Assembly (NCBI GenBank): GCA_951406725.2
Contig: OX597814.1
Coordinates: 4,030,001 to 4,094,000, forward strand
DNA: 64,000 bases
Source: Octopus vulgaris
Lineage: Eukaryota
Direction of reading: 5' to 3'
The notes below the pieces were generated by a model that made no database searches, was not told where the DNA came from, and saw nothing but the letters and a program-made list of their open reading frames with translations. Shown here in pieces: positions 39,124 through 52,730 of this stretch (positions are counted from its first letter, which is position 1; each line of letters opens with the position of its first letter). A program made the translations under genes and the position numbers.

Positions 39124-40079
39124 TATACATATGTGTGTGTGTGTGTGTGTGTGTGTGTACACACTTTATTTCACGTTGCTCCAGTTCACTCAGCTGTGTA
39201 GAGGGGAGGTTGGTATGCATGAGCGACTTCCATAAAAAAATCTTGCTCGGACTTGTGTCTCGGAGGAGAACTTTCTAGGTGCAATCTCATGGTAATTCGT
39301 GACCGAAGGAGGTCTTAACCCTGTACCCATATATAGATATTCATAAGGATAATAAGCATATGAAAAGGGGTCCGTGGGAAAACTCATTTAAATAGAAGGG
39401 TTGGGAACCACTGGCTTATAGTGTTTATGAGGTTTTTTATTTCGTCAGCTGATCAAGACTTTTCTCTCCATAAAATAAAGCAGACATTCAAAAATCTTTC
39501 CCTATTTTCTTTCTAATACGTACTTAAACTTTTGTGGGCAAGTGTCTTCTATCACAGGCTCGGGCCGACCAAACCTCGTGAGCGGATTTCGTACATGGAG
39601 ACAGAAAACCCGTCTTGTATGTGTGTGTATGTGTCCATCAACACCGTTTGACAACCAGCGTTGATGTGTCTACGTTCCCGTAACTTAGCAGTTCAGCAAA
39701 AGCGAATGATAGAATAAGTACCAGGCTTTTAATAAATGCGTACTGAGGTTGACCTGTTCGACTAAAATTCTTCAAGGCAGTGCCCCAGCATGGCCACTGT
39801 ATAATGACTGAAACAAGTAAAAGACAAAAGATATTTCCAGGAATTGTTCATTGATTTTTAATTCATGAAATCCCAAACTAGATTTTCCTAAGTTGGTGCA
39901 CATTTACACCCCACAGCCGAGCCTAACTTTTGTCGGTAAGCCATCTCACTGAACGTGAAGTAATTTAAAAACAAAAAAGTAACGTCCATTTATAATTTCT
40001 TATCAATACGATATATAATAGTTTATAGGTCCATGAGTGTAGCTTCTATTCCATACTTGCGTGGAATGTGACTCAAAAT

Positions 40080-40380
40080 CCGGCACTCCGTCAGTTACAA
40101 CGTGGGGTTCCATTTGATTCGATGAACGAAACAGCCTGCTCGTGAAATTAACGTGCAAGTGGCTGAGCACTCTACAGACACGTGTACACTTAGCGTAGTT
40201 CTCAGGGAGACTCAGCGTGACAAAGCTGGACCTTTAAAATACAGATTCTACTCGTTAATGAAATGGAGCAATGTGGAATAATGCGTCTTGCAGAAGGACA
40301 CAACACGCCGCCTGGAATCGAACTTCTTAAAGTACGATCCTGAGCCGAATATCCTAACCAGTAAGCCACGCGTCTTCACT
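40080..40380 (-). mobile_element. Degenerate family-C/Meta-type SINE
   Basis: acagcctgctcgtgaaattaacgtgcaagtggctgagcac is the reverse complement of the 20800-20845 tail. Confidence 0.75.
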
Positions 40381-40821
40381 GGAATAATACTATGTAGGTT
40401 CACAACACCAGAGGAATTAAGATACGCATTTTCGTTCTCTATATTTAATGGACGGTTCATCATAATGAGATCTTTCCTTAGGAACCTCTCTTTATGTTTC
40501 ATGAAATATTTCAGCAAAATGTCTAGGAAATAACTTAGATGATGTGTCTTGAATGTTGGGTTTCTTACAATGAGTCCCCATTTTGAATCCTTCGGTGGGT
40601 GCCGGGCTTTATAACCACAACTAGTTCTCGCTCTTTAGCATGCGCCAACGATCAATTTACTTCTGTCTTCATCTCAGCATTATTAGTAATTATTATTCTG
40701 CTTGTGTACTACAATGCTTCAAGCAAACTACATCACTCTTCTTACGAAGCTACACCTTTTATCAAACTTCCTAACATAATTCAGTTCTTATCTGTTAATC
40801 TTTTTCAATATAAATATAGTA

Positions 40822-40984
40822 AAGCGCAAGAGTGGCTGTGTGGTAAGGAGCTTGCTCCTCAACTACATGGTTCTGGGTTCAGTCACGCTGTGTGGCATCT
40901 TGGGCAAGTGTCTTCTACTATAGCCTCGGGCTGATCAAATATTTCTGAGTGGATTTGGTTGACAGAAACTGAAAGAAGCCCGTC

Positions 40985-41046
<62 letters not shown>

Positions 41047-41064
41047 GACGGGCTTTTTTTCAGT

Positions 41065-41106
<42 letters not shown>

Positions 41107-41170
41107 TGAGATAGGGGTTGAAAATTCAACCCACCATGGGATAATATATATCCAATCCATTCTCTAATTT

Positions 41171-41220
<50 letters not shown>

Positions 41221-41405
41221 TGTGTGTGTGTGTGTGTCCTCATCTCGCTTGACAACGGATATTGTTGTGTTTATGTCCCCAGTAACTTACCAGTTCGGCA
41301 AAAGTCTCCGACAAAATAAGTGCTGGGGTCGATTTGTTCGACTAAAAGGTGGTGATCCAGCATGGCCGCAGTCAAATGACTGAAACAAGTAAAAAAATAA
41401 AAGAA
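40822..41405 (+). mobile_element. Family-A SINE with rearranged internal (TA)n region
   Basis: Head 40822-40988, tail 41220-41405, short inverted copy of the head end at 41045-41069. Confidence 0.8.
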
Positions 41406-41608
41406 TAATATAGTAAAGCAGTAAATACTTTCATAATTTTAATTAAGTTACTAATTTGTTCACACCACGCAATAAGCCGTGGTGTATTTAGTGTTGAGAA
41501 AGGAAGTATGGACGAGAAGCTCGGACTAGAGTAGGTATTATCAGGTTGTTTGAAGTCGGTTGCCGATACGTTCAGCAACATAGATATCTTATAGTTAGAT
41601 GAACCTCA

Positions 41609-42177
41609 TCATCATCATCATCAGTCCGTGGTCGAGACAATGGAATTTACCATGCTACGCCAGACTTCACGGTCCATCATGGCATTACGGAGGTCCTGTT
41701 GCTGGATGCTTGTATCCCTGGAGATTACATCAGGGTAGGAGAGTGTGCGTCCTCTGGTATTGCGAGTAGATGGCTTCCAGAGGAGAAGAGTAGAAATTAC
41801 CTCTTTTTCAGCTCTACAACAATGTCCAGCAAACTGGACTCTCTTACCTTTCACAAGAGATGACACAGGTGGTAGTTCCCCATATATTTGCATTTTGGTT
41901 GGATGGCGCTTCCACGAGAGATTTTGAGCTCTCATAAGGAGGCGAGTGTAGGTTCCATCCAACCGCCTCTCAAGCTTCTTTGATAACGTCCAGGTTTCTG
42001 AGCCATATAGTAGAATTGGTTCGACTGTGGCTTTGAAGATTTCAAATTTGAAGTCTCTACTTAGATTTGATGACCAGATCTTATGCATGTCATTACAGGC
42101 TGACCAGGCCAAAAGCCTTTCTAGTTAGAAAGTATTTTCCAGATGATGATATGTATGACCCAAGATATTTGTAATCA
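41609..42177 (-). mobile_element. 5'-truncated RTE/RTE-X LINE with (GAT)n tail and 13-bp TSD
   Basis: ORF 41621..42112 ..VEPILLYGSETW..FAGH..; TSD tagatgaacctca/taggtgaacctca. Confidence 0.9.
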
Positions 42178-43558
42178 TAGGTGAACCTCACTAGCCTCAA
42201 GTGATACCAGGACCGCTGAATACGATGATTATGCCTGCGGGCTTCTCTGTAGAAAATCAACATGAAGTGTTAGCTGGGACAGAAAACCAAGAACCAGACA
42301 GAAGCATGGACTGAAATACATCAAGGTCACAAGAGCGAACAGTCAATAGAAATCGGGGTTAAACATTTTGGAATTGGTAGAGGACTCTGCTCACCAGATT
42401 TCCCACTTGAAGAACACATCAAAGAACACGTGATCGACCAGACTATTGGATGTTATATATCGCTGGTCACAATGCGCTTTGCATCGTTTTAGCATTTGAA
42501 TGATGCCTCCCCATTGGCAAGACGAGCAGACCAACGTTTCCCCTTAGCGGAAGATTATTCGGTTGCATGGTGGTTACCCATTTACAGCGAAGTGGACTGT
42601 GACAACGTGAAATAAAGTATTTTGCTCAAGAACACAACGCGTAGCTGGTCTGAGACTCGAAACCACGATCTCCCAATCGCGAGTGCAACATGCCTAACCA
42701 CCAGGCCTTCACACATCAAAGATATGATGCGGAACCCTGCCACACACAAATGATTTCCTCAATGATTTCAGCAGATAAATACTTCAATGTCTGTTCTCAA
42801 AGTGGAAAAAAAAAAAAAAAAAAGGGGGAATGGTGAAGGCAAGAAGCGGTAATGGCTTGTATCCAGTTCTGGAAAATAGTTTTTGGGTAACCCATCACGA
42901 AGGCTTTTCTATGTTACAATGGATTTAACAACTACAAAACCGATCGTGACAGCCACAAAATAAACTAAAACTGCATCAAATTCAAAGCTTCTGAGGGGTT
43001 ATCGCTGAAACCATCCCTCGAGTTTCTGCTCCTAGATCGGCCCCAATGCCTACGGCCGATCTCAATGGCCCTGACTGAGATATTTGGTAACCTACGTATT
43101 ATGTTTAGATGTATATTTACAGACTAAAACGAGGAAGCATTTTTGGAGAATGGAGTAAAGAATATGAGTTTTTATAAGTATGTATGATTTTGAGTTCTTG
43201 ATCTGCAAATATATAGAATAATATGACATTGCATAAAATGTAATATAATGGCTTGAAATTTCGGCCCATAGTCAGCAGGTTTTTGAGAAGATGTATAATG
43301 GCTACGTAAGGACAAAGATGGCCATGTGGTTAAGAAGTTCGTTTTACAGTCATCTCGTTTCAGGGTCAGTCTCACTGCGCGGAAACTTTTGGGCATGTGT
43401 TTTCTACTATAGCATCGGACCACCTTATGCCTCCTGACTGAACATCGTAAAAGGAAACTGTGTTGAAGCCCATTGTATATATATATATATATATAGGAAG
43501 AATTCACAAACAGACAACAAACAGATGTATTAGTATAACGCTCGGGAAGTGAAAAAGT

Positions 43559-43595
43559 CTTTAACGTTTCGAGCGTACGCTCTTCCACAGAAAAG
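43559..43595 (-). ncRNA. Minimal type-I hammerhead-like motif with A6U core
   Basis: Minus strand tttt-CUGUGGA-a-gagcg.ta.cgctc-GAAA-cg-UU-aaag. Confidence 0.6.
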
Positions 43596-43652
43596 AACAA
43601 AGAAAGAAACAAGGAGAGAAAATAAAGAATGTGTAGTGGCTAGCGATCTATC

Positions 43653-43745
<93 letters not shown>

Positions 43746-43819
43746 CTAACGACCCTCCACGTTTGTTTTCGTTCGGTTTCCTTGTATGTCTCCACTGTCC
43801 TGCTTTTGTTCCCAACTTT

Positions 43820-43942
43820 GACCCTCCATAAATCCTAAATTTTATTTTTGAATCTATGAGAACAACTGTCTTTCAAGACTCATATTGTCGTTGAATGCAT
43901 GAAATGAGGAGTAGATAGACAGCCGACAACTGATGAAGGGTC
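43820..43942 (+). ncRNA. Candidate rearranged hammerhead, family 4 (stem II 5' strand degenerate)
   Basis: ctgtct/agacag, ctcAUA/GAAAtgag, ttgtcg/cgacaa-CUGAUGA, closing gaccct/agggtc. Confidence 0.65.
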
Positions 43943-44050
43943 CTTTCTCCTTTCGGTCTGTTTTCCATTTTTCTCTTGTTTACTTATTTAACTCGTTTGT
44001 TTACGTATTTCATGTTGTTTGCACAGTTGTGACGTCCTGTACCCATATAT

Positions 44051-44095
<45 letters not shown>

Positions 44096-44247
44096 GAATT
44101 TACAAAAAAAACAAAAGACGATGGCGAATGTGTAAACAACAAACAGATGTATTAGGAGAGGTTATATATATATATATGTGTGTGTGTATGTGTGTGTATG
44201 TATGTGTATATATTACTTATTATATATATATATGTGTGTATGTGATG

Positions 44248-44756
44248 GGTGCTGCTTTGGCGTGATCTACACTTTCAGGGGAGATTACTTTAGATTACTT
44301 TTTAGTTTATTTTTGATTTTCTAAAAATCCTTAAAATGTCGGCCAAAGAATTTCGTAATGTGATCAGCGACGAGACGAAAGCAGTTGCATTTTTACGAAG
44401 AAATGACATTTTAGATAAAGAGGAAAATGTTGCACCTTGTGGTTTTGGTGGAGAAATGAAGGAAAGTCGAAGAGAAGATAAAAACGGTGAAATATTACCA
44501 AATTAAGGTTGCAAAACTCGTAACTGTTTAATTTGTACGAACGACGCGCTTATTTTAATTATCATATTGTCAATTCTTGGTTTCTTTTTGTTTACTAAGA
44601 CAAAAAGGAAACATGGTTTTAGTGTAATTAAAATAAGAAGAATGCTAAGCAAGTACAAAAGAATTTATTGAAAGGGTTTAGAAATTGAAAAGTAGATTTA
44701 AAAGTAACCTAAAGTAATCTCCCTTTAAAGTTTAGATCACACGCCAAAGTAGCACC
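44248..44756 (+). mobile_element. Merlin-like DNA transposon deletion derivative
   Basis: ~45-bp TIRs ggtgctgctttggcgtgatct.. / ..agatcacacgccaaagtagcacc; remnant MSAKEFRNVISDETKAVAFLR..PC. Confidence 0.65.
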
Positions 44757-44999
44757 TGTGTGTGTGTGTGTGTGTGTACGTTTTTGCGTTTGCCTCCACA
44801 TTGTTGAACAACCGGTGTACGCCTGTTTACATACCCGTAACTTAGTGGTTCGAAAAAAGAGAACGAAACAGCCATGATAACGATATAGCACCAAACCAAC
44901 ATCACTTACCATTGAACTATCAGGTATGTATGAGAGTATGCTTGTGTGTGTGTGTGTGTGTGTGTATGTGTGTGTGTGTGTGTGTGTGCGTGTGTGTGT

Positions 45000-45300
45000 G
45001 AACAAGCAGGTGACTGTCCGTTTAATAAACAATCCATCTATCTTTGGTAAACAGTCCATCTAAGAGCGTTATTTAATGCCATTGATAAGAGCAATTGGTG
45101 GCCGTCGTCAAACCAGCGTATCTCTCAACACCTTCAGCCGAAAAGTCCTCCCTTAATCTCTCTCAGATCTCAATCAATGATTGGCTGTGCTTTACAGCTA
45201 GGCAACCAATCAGAATTGATGGCTATCTCTGACGTGCGTAGCGACAAAGTATTATTACATTAGCACACCGCATAGAGATGACGATAGGTCCAAGCGTGTA
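45000..45300. promoter_or_regulatory. Unique island with an inverted CCAAT pair
   Basis: tgattggc 45178-85 and aaccaatcag 45204-13, RFX-like ctaggcaac, CRE-like tgacgtg, Fox sites taaacaa/gtaaaca. Confidence 0.45.
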
Positions 45301-45608
45301 CGTGTGTGCAAATGTATGTACGTGTGTGCGCGTGTGAGTGTACAAATCTATATGGTTATGTGTGTGCGTGTATGTGTGCATGCATGTGTCTGTGCCTGAA
45401 TGTCTATGTGTCTGTGTATATAACTTATGTACGTGTGTATATAGGTAAAGAGTGTGTGACTTATGTATGTGAGCATGCGCATTTTATGTAAGCATGTATG
45501 TGTGCCTGTCTGACTTACGCATGTGTGTATACAGTGTGTGTGTATAGTAACTAATAGACGTGTTTGTTCCAGTGAATTTAGAAGTGTATATACCTATGTA
45601 ATATATAA

Positions 45609-45655
<47 letters not shown>

Positions 45656-45657
45656 CA

Positions 45658-45693
<36 letters not shown>

Positions 45694-45735
45694 TATGTGT
45701 CTAATATGTACACACACATATATACACACATACAC

Positions 45736-45843
<108 letters not shown>

Positions 45844-46095
45844 TTGTACGTACTATGTATATCTGTATATATATGCATGTATCTAGCATGTATGTATGTG
45901 CGTGTGCAAAAAGTCTATGCATGAATACACACATGCGTGTATGTAAAGACAGATGGACGTAGGTGTGTATATGTATGCCTCCTATTATCCACGTCTGTGT
46001 ACGTGTGTGCATTAGTATGTATTATGTACGTATATGCAAAAATGTGTGCATGTGTATATCTACTTAGGGACATGCTTGTTAGCATATGTTATATA

Positions 46096-46173
<78 letters not shown>

Positions 46174-46209
46174 TACATATATATGCATATACATATATGT
46201 ATATGTATG

Positions 46210-46241
<32 letters not shown>

Positions 46242-46299
46242 TATACATACATATACATATATATATGTATATATATATGTATATATATATGTATATATA

Positions 46300-46635
46300 A
46301 ACCTGCCATCAAGATGTAGGACAAGATTCTGTGATAGCCTGGGCTTCCGAGGCCCACAGCTCTTCAATATCCTCCCGAAGAACCTGAGAGACCTGCATGG
46401 GGTGGATGCAGATGTCTTTAAAATGAAGCTGGATCTCTTCCTGTCAGGTGTCCCAGATGAACCAACTTCACGGCAGGAGAGGCAGATGAGGGCAGCTGCA
46501 TCGAACTCTCTCATGCACCAAATAGCAGTTGCTAGAAAGCCTCCATGAAGTGAAACCAAGTAGCAACACCAAATGGCGGTGCCCCAGCATGGCCACAGCT
46601 CATAAGCTGAAACTAGAATCAATCAATCAATCAAT
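46300..46635 (+). mobile_element. CR1-group LINE 3' end with (ATCA)n tail
   Basis: [31 protein letters not shown]; 3' UTR ggcggtgccccagcatggccacagc. Confidence 0.85.
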
Positions 46636-46849
46636 CATATACATACATACATACATACATATATACATATATGTATATGAACGTATATATATATATAGAA
46701 TACACGTACGTGAGTGTGTGTGTGCGTGTGTGCGTGTGTGTGTGTAAAAGTGCCTCTGTATGTGTTTGTATGTGCGTGTGCGTGAATGTGCGTATATATG
46801 TATAAATATATACAAGTATATGCATAGAAATGCATAGAAAAAAATGTTG

Positions 46850-47220
46850 GACAAAATAATGGAAACACCTCGTAAAGTGGAGGCCATATTATTCAATATG
46901 GACTTGGTCCACTGCAGGTATCAATCACATCTTTGATACGTCAGGGAACTTTGAAAATTTTGAGCCATTGTTCACGTAAAAGTGGCTTCAGCGACGATGG
47001 TGAAGGGAAACAACACCTTATCTGATGATCCAAACTGCGCCATAAATTCTATTGAGATCCGGTAATTGTGGTGTAGAGAGGGTGAGGAACAATCCAAAGG
47101 ATCTACTTTACCCCTGTGTTCTTCCTACCAATTGTGAATAACATTAACCGCGTGAATCTATGCATTATCGTCCTGGGAGATTTGCACTACCATCAGGGAA
47201 CAATGTACCATTTGATGGAC
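46850..47220 (-). mobile_element. Degenerate Tc1-like transposase remnant
   Basis: Minus strand QDDNA and PQLPDLN motifs. Confidence 0.5.
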
Positions 47221-47255
47221 AGGATCAACTAAAACACTCATATAGCAGAATATAT

Positions 47256-47822
47256 AGCAGAATAGTGGAATGTATTGTGTCTAAAACCTATTGAACTATG
47301 ACAGCAAAGCTAAACCGTTACCTTGTCAACCGTGAGTCAACTAAAACCTTCTGTCTTGAGCAGCAGACCATAGAAGGGCTGCAAACTCTAAACCTGCCCT
47401 GTCCCTCATCGACGATCATGAGCGGGGGAAATGGTATCTCTGTCGTTTAGAAAGGCCAATTGAATGTTGTGACATGGCTGCTGGAATCATCAGAAAAGCC
47501 AGATCCATGCTTCACGGAAAGGGCCAAATAGTTGAAGGCTTCCTTAGTCTCTCCCCAAAAACATAAACTCGTCTTGAAGTGGGGGAAAAGGATGATTCAT
47601 AAGAGATGACATTGAACCATTGAACCACTTACCATAGTCTTGATACCATTTCCCCCGCTCATGATCGTCGATGAGGGACAGGGCAGGTTTAGAGTTTGCA
47701 GCCCTTCTATGGTCTGCTGCTCAAGACAGAAGGTTTTAGTTGACTCACGGTTGACAAGGTAACGGTTTAGCTTTGCTGCCATAGTTCAATAGGTTTTAGA
47801 CAATACATTCCACTATTCTGCT
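47256..47822. repeat. Inverted repeat, ~180-bp arms, ~200-bp spacer
   Basis: 47256-47438 is the near-perfect reverse complement of 47642-47822. Confidence 0.92.
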
Positions 47823-47941
47823 CTCCCTCTTCCTCTCTCTCTCTCCCTCTCTCTCTCTCTCTCCCTCTCTCTCTCCCTCTCCCCCTCTCTCTCTATCTAT
47901 CTGTCTATCTGTCTAGCTATCAATCGATCTGTCTGTCTATC

Positions 47942-48027
<86 letters not shown>

Positions 48028-48052
48028 CCTATCAATCTATCAATCTATATCT

Positions 48053-48105
<53 letters not shown>

Positions 48106-49186
48106 ACGTGTCTATATTGAAAAAGATAGATCGATAGCAACATTTTCCTTTTATGGCAAAATATGCACCTAATTCAATAAAATTATGAAAGTCACTCTGA
48201 TTACTATGCATAAAATGCAAAATATTCTATTTTTATGTAGATTAGGCAGGCATAATTCACCCCTACTTTTCAATCTCGGTATTAAAGCTACGCATAGTAT
48301 TGCTGTAGTACACATGCTGCGTACACTCCTACAACAACGTTTTCGTTATGTGCTATAAAGGCCGAAGTAAATCTGTCTACAACTCAGCCGCGCGCCTGTG
48401 TTTCACTTATTTTTTGTGTTTTACAACATAAAGGTTACCAAATGCCTACCCTGAGTAATTACTGACGGCAAGTGCCTACCGTCTATCTATTTATCTATCT
48501 CTGAGCTTATTGTCTAAGTTCGTTGATCACTACAGGTAAGATAGAACGGTTATCATGCTAATGACGGCTATTGAGACAGAAACAGGTGTGCTCGACTCTC
48601 CTCTTATCCACAGAGATAGTGGCATTTCAGTTTTGAGGAATTCTTGAATATCTTGAGATTATCTCTCATTCTGAAGTGGAGCTGGTGCCAATTGCCATTT
48701 GGGAATTGTGATACAGCCTCAACAGTAAATCAAGTAAATCTAGTAAATCAAGGAGTTACGTTGTATGGTATTTGATAGACCTGTATCAGCCTCTCTTGCT
48801 CAAATACACGACACTGGCCACTCTGAGTTATTGCCCCTTCCATATTTTGGTTTATATCTTTTATCTTTTACTTGTTTCAGTTATTAGACTGTGGCCATGC
48901 TGGGGCATTGCATTGAAGAATTTTTAGTTGAATGAATCAATCCCAAGAATTGTGCTTTTTTTTTCAAACCTAGTCCTTATTCTATTGGACGCCTTTGCCG
49001 AACAGCTAAGTTATGGAGATGTAAACATACCAGTAGCAGTTATCAGACACACAGATATGTGTGTGTGTGTGCGCGCGCGCGAACACACAGATACACATAC
49101 ACACACACGTATATATATATATATAAATATAAATATATATATATATATGTATGTATGTATATATATATATATATATACATATATAC

Positions 49187-49241
<55 letters not shown>

Positions 49242-49263
49242 CATATATGTATATATATACATA

Positions 49264-49320
<57 letters not shown>

Positions 49321-49324
<4 letters not shown>

Positions 49325-49663
49325 GGTAAAGACCCCCTTCGGTCATGAGTGACAATGGGTTTGCACCTAGAGAGTTACCCTCTGAGGCACAAGTCTGGGC
49401 GAGGTTGTTTTATGGAAGACCAGCAGTCGCCCATGCATACCACCCTCTCCTCTGCACACCATCAATGTTATCCAAGGGAAAGGCAAAGGCCGATACAGCT
49501 TGGCACCAGTGACGTCGCAACTCATTTCTACAGCTGAGTGAACTGGAGCAAGGTGAAATAAAGTGTCTTGCTCAAGAACACAACACGCAGCCCGGTCCGG
49601 GATTCAAGCTCACAACCTCACGATCGTAAGCTCGACGCTCTAACCACTGAGCCATGCGCCTTC
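49321..49663 (-). mobile_element. tRNA-derived Meta-domain-like SINE, full length
   Basis: Minus strand A box tggctcagtgg, tRNA-like head, cttgagcaagacactttatttcac domain; fragments at 39160-39325 and 42430-42705. Confidence 0.85.
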
Positions 49664-50220
49664 ATATATATATATATCAAGAGGATGTGTTATAATATTA
49701 CTCCACAGCTATACTAACAATCCAACATACCTCCATCATCAGCCGCCCCACGGATATCATTATAGTTTTGACACCTGTGCAGTACCAATCAATCTGGTGG
49801 TGTCAACAACGCTAAAATAAGTGTTGTTTGAGAACAAACAAACCAAAGAAACCACAACTTTCAAACACATCTACCTTATGCACAACTGTATCGACGTATA
49901 TGTGTATGTGTGTAAATATATATATATATATACACATATATATACATATATATATATATACATGCACACACACATATATATACATGACGGGCTTCTTTTA
50001 GTTTCCGTCTACCACATCCACTCATAAGGCTTTGGTCGGCGCGAGGCTATAGTAGAAGACACTTGCCCTAGGTGCCACGCAGTGGGACTGAACCCGGAAA
50101 CATATGATCGTGAAACAAACTTCTTACCACACAGCCACGCCAGTACCTATGTCCATTTGTTGTTTTGTTTTTTTTAATTTCGAAATCATAGTCTACCGAA
50201 TAATTGTCACATATTACATT

Positions 50221-50261
<41 letters not shown>

Positions 50262-50263
<2 letters not shown>

Positions 50264-50490
50264 AAGGGCTTAGTAAAATAAATTACTTCGCCGCATACTG
50301 AACTCATTAGAAATAGCAGCTAAAAAACTTTTTTAAAGCTATTTCTAATACTTAAAGAAAATCTCTCTCATATATAGCGTTATGAGAGAGATTTTCTTTA
50401 AGTATTAGAAATAGCTTTAAAAAAGTTTTTTAGCTGCTATTTCTAATGAGTTCAGTATGCGGCAAAGTAATTTATTTTACTAAGCCCTTT
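50262..50490. repeat. Near-perfect 110-bp-arm palindrome
   Basis: Arms are reverse-complementary with one mismatch around an 8-nt loop tatagcgt. Confidence 0.93.
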
Positions 50491-50591
50491 TATATAATGT
50501 AATAATTTGAATTCGCCTTAAATGGTCCCTTTGCATACTGAACACTTGGTGAAATTGATTAATAATTAATTAATTTTACCCTCAATTGTTG

Positions 50592-50649
<58 letters not shown>

Positions 50650-51043
50650 CAAGCTCTTGTATACGCATCTGAATGTAAAGGTGTACATAATGTATGCTCA
50701 TAAATATATATACATACATCACAATATGTATACACACTTCTATGGAAATGATGTGAGCGTGTAAATGTTTAAACGTCACTGCACGTGACACTCACTTTGT
50801 TGTTTTATTACTATGCAGACATTTCCGTACACTTTCTGCACGCATGCGCATGTGTACATGTATATGTTTACACTTGTGTATGCGTATATGTATCTTTATT
50901 ATGTGCATGCAAGCCTCTATGAATGTATGTATGTATGTATGTATACATGCACGTTTGTATATATATGTATGTATGTATTATTTCTGTATGTGTATATTTA
51001 CTTTTCATGTGTCGGACACACGTCTCTTGTTTTCATTCCATAT

Positions 51044-51098
<55 letters not shown>

Positions 51099-51423
51099 CG
51101 CGCGCGTGTGTGATTCTGTATTAATGTGATCGACCGACGCACGACCAATTGAAAAAACACAAAATATTTCATGGTCCGTTCGGACAAATGTTTTGTTTTT
51201 ATTATTCATTGTTTTGGTTCATTTACCGATGAAGAGGATGTAAGGGGTGGGGGGGAGGGGGGAGACTGGAATCGTAATCACGTGACATGGCTGCAAGACA
51301 GCTACGACGGCCATCTTAACGATTCTACTTCTGTTTCTGCCATGTCTTTTCTTGACGTACAAACCTAAATCTCTAATATATAAAAAAATACAGTATACAC
51401 ACACACACACATACTTGTTTATG

Positions 51424-51475
<52 letters not shown>

Positions 51476-51609
51476 CACTCACACACACAAGCGTGTGTAT
51501 GTGTCTGCATATGTATGTCTATATAAATATGTATTTATATGTACATATACATAAATATAAATATAAATATATATTAATATATATATATATGCATATATAT
51601 ATATATATA

Positions 51610-51656
<47 letters not shown>

Positions 51657-51701
51657 GTACATATACATAAATATATATGTGTGTATATATGTGTGTAAAT
51701 A

Positions 51702-51744
<43 letters not shown>

Positions 51745-51765
51745 GTACATATACATAAATATATA

Positions 51766-51811
<46 letters not shown>

Positions 51812-52069
51812 CATGTATATATAAATATATATATGCATATATATATATATATACATATATATGCATATATATATCTACATATATATATACATCTATATAC
51901 ATATATATGCATATATATATATATATATACATACACACACGCACATATACACACATATTTGTTTTACGTTGTGTTGTTATTCTCATTTTGCTGGGGTTTT
52001 TTGAGTCTTTTTTTTACTCTTTATCTTTCAGTTTATTATTGTTGATGTTATTGTTGTCGTTATTGGCTT

Positions 52070-52478
52070 CCTCCTACTCCTACTCTTTCTCCTCCACCTT
52101 CGCCCTCCATTAGAATTCTTTTCGTCATTCTATCTCATTTCGATTTTGCCATCACTGTGCTTAAGTATTTTCTCCTCCTCCTTCCTCCTTCTTCTTCTCC
52201 TTTTCCTTCTCCTTCTTCTTGGTCTTCTCCTTCTTCTCCTTCTCCTTCTCCTCCTCCTCCTCCTTCTCCTTCTCCTTCTTCTCCTTCTTCTTCTCCTCCT
52301 TCTCCTTCTCCTTCTTCTTCTTCTTCTCCTCCTTCTCCTTCTTTTCCTTCTTCTTCTTCTTTTTCTTCTCCTCTTCTTTTTCTTCTCCTTCTCCTTCTTC
52401 TTCTCTTCTTCTTCTTCTTCTTCTTCTTCTTCTTCTTCTTCTTCTTCTTCTCCTTCTTCTTCTTCTTCTTCTCCTCTT

Positions 52479-52513
<35 letters not shown>

Positions 52514-52579
52514 TGCACTTCCTCCTTCTTCTTCTTCTTCTTCTTCTTCTTCTTCTTCTTCTTCTTCTTCTTCTTCTTC

Positions 52580-52618
<39 letters not shown>

Positions 52619-52730
52619 GACAATTCTACTTCCATCTCTTCTTTCACCTCCTCCTTCACCTCTTCCTTCTTCTGCTCCCCCTCCTCCTCCTCTTCCTTCT
52701 GCTCCTCCCCCTCCTCCTCCTCCTCTTCTA
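52070..52730. repeat. Polypyrimidine (TTC/TCC)n tract
   Basis: Visible. Confidence 0.95.

Noticed and set aside
47597-47782. 61-aa ORF in the inverted repeat arm
   Set aside because: No recognisable motif; too short to support as coding.
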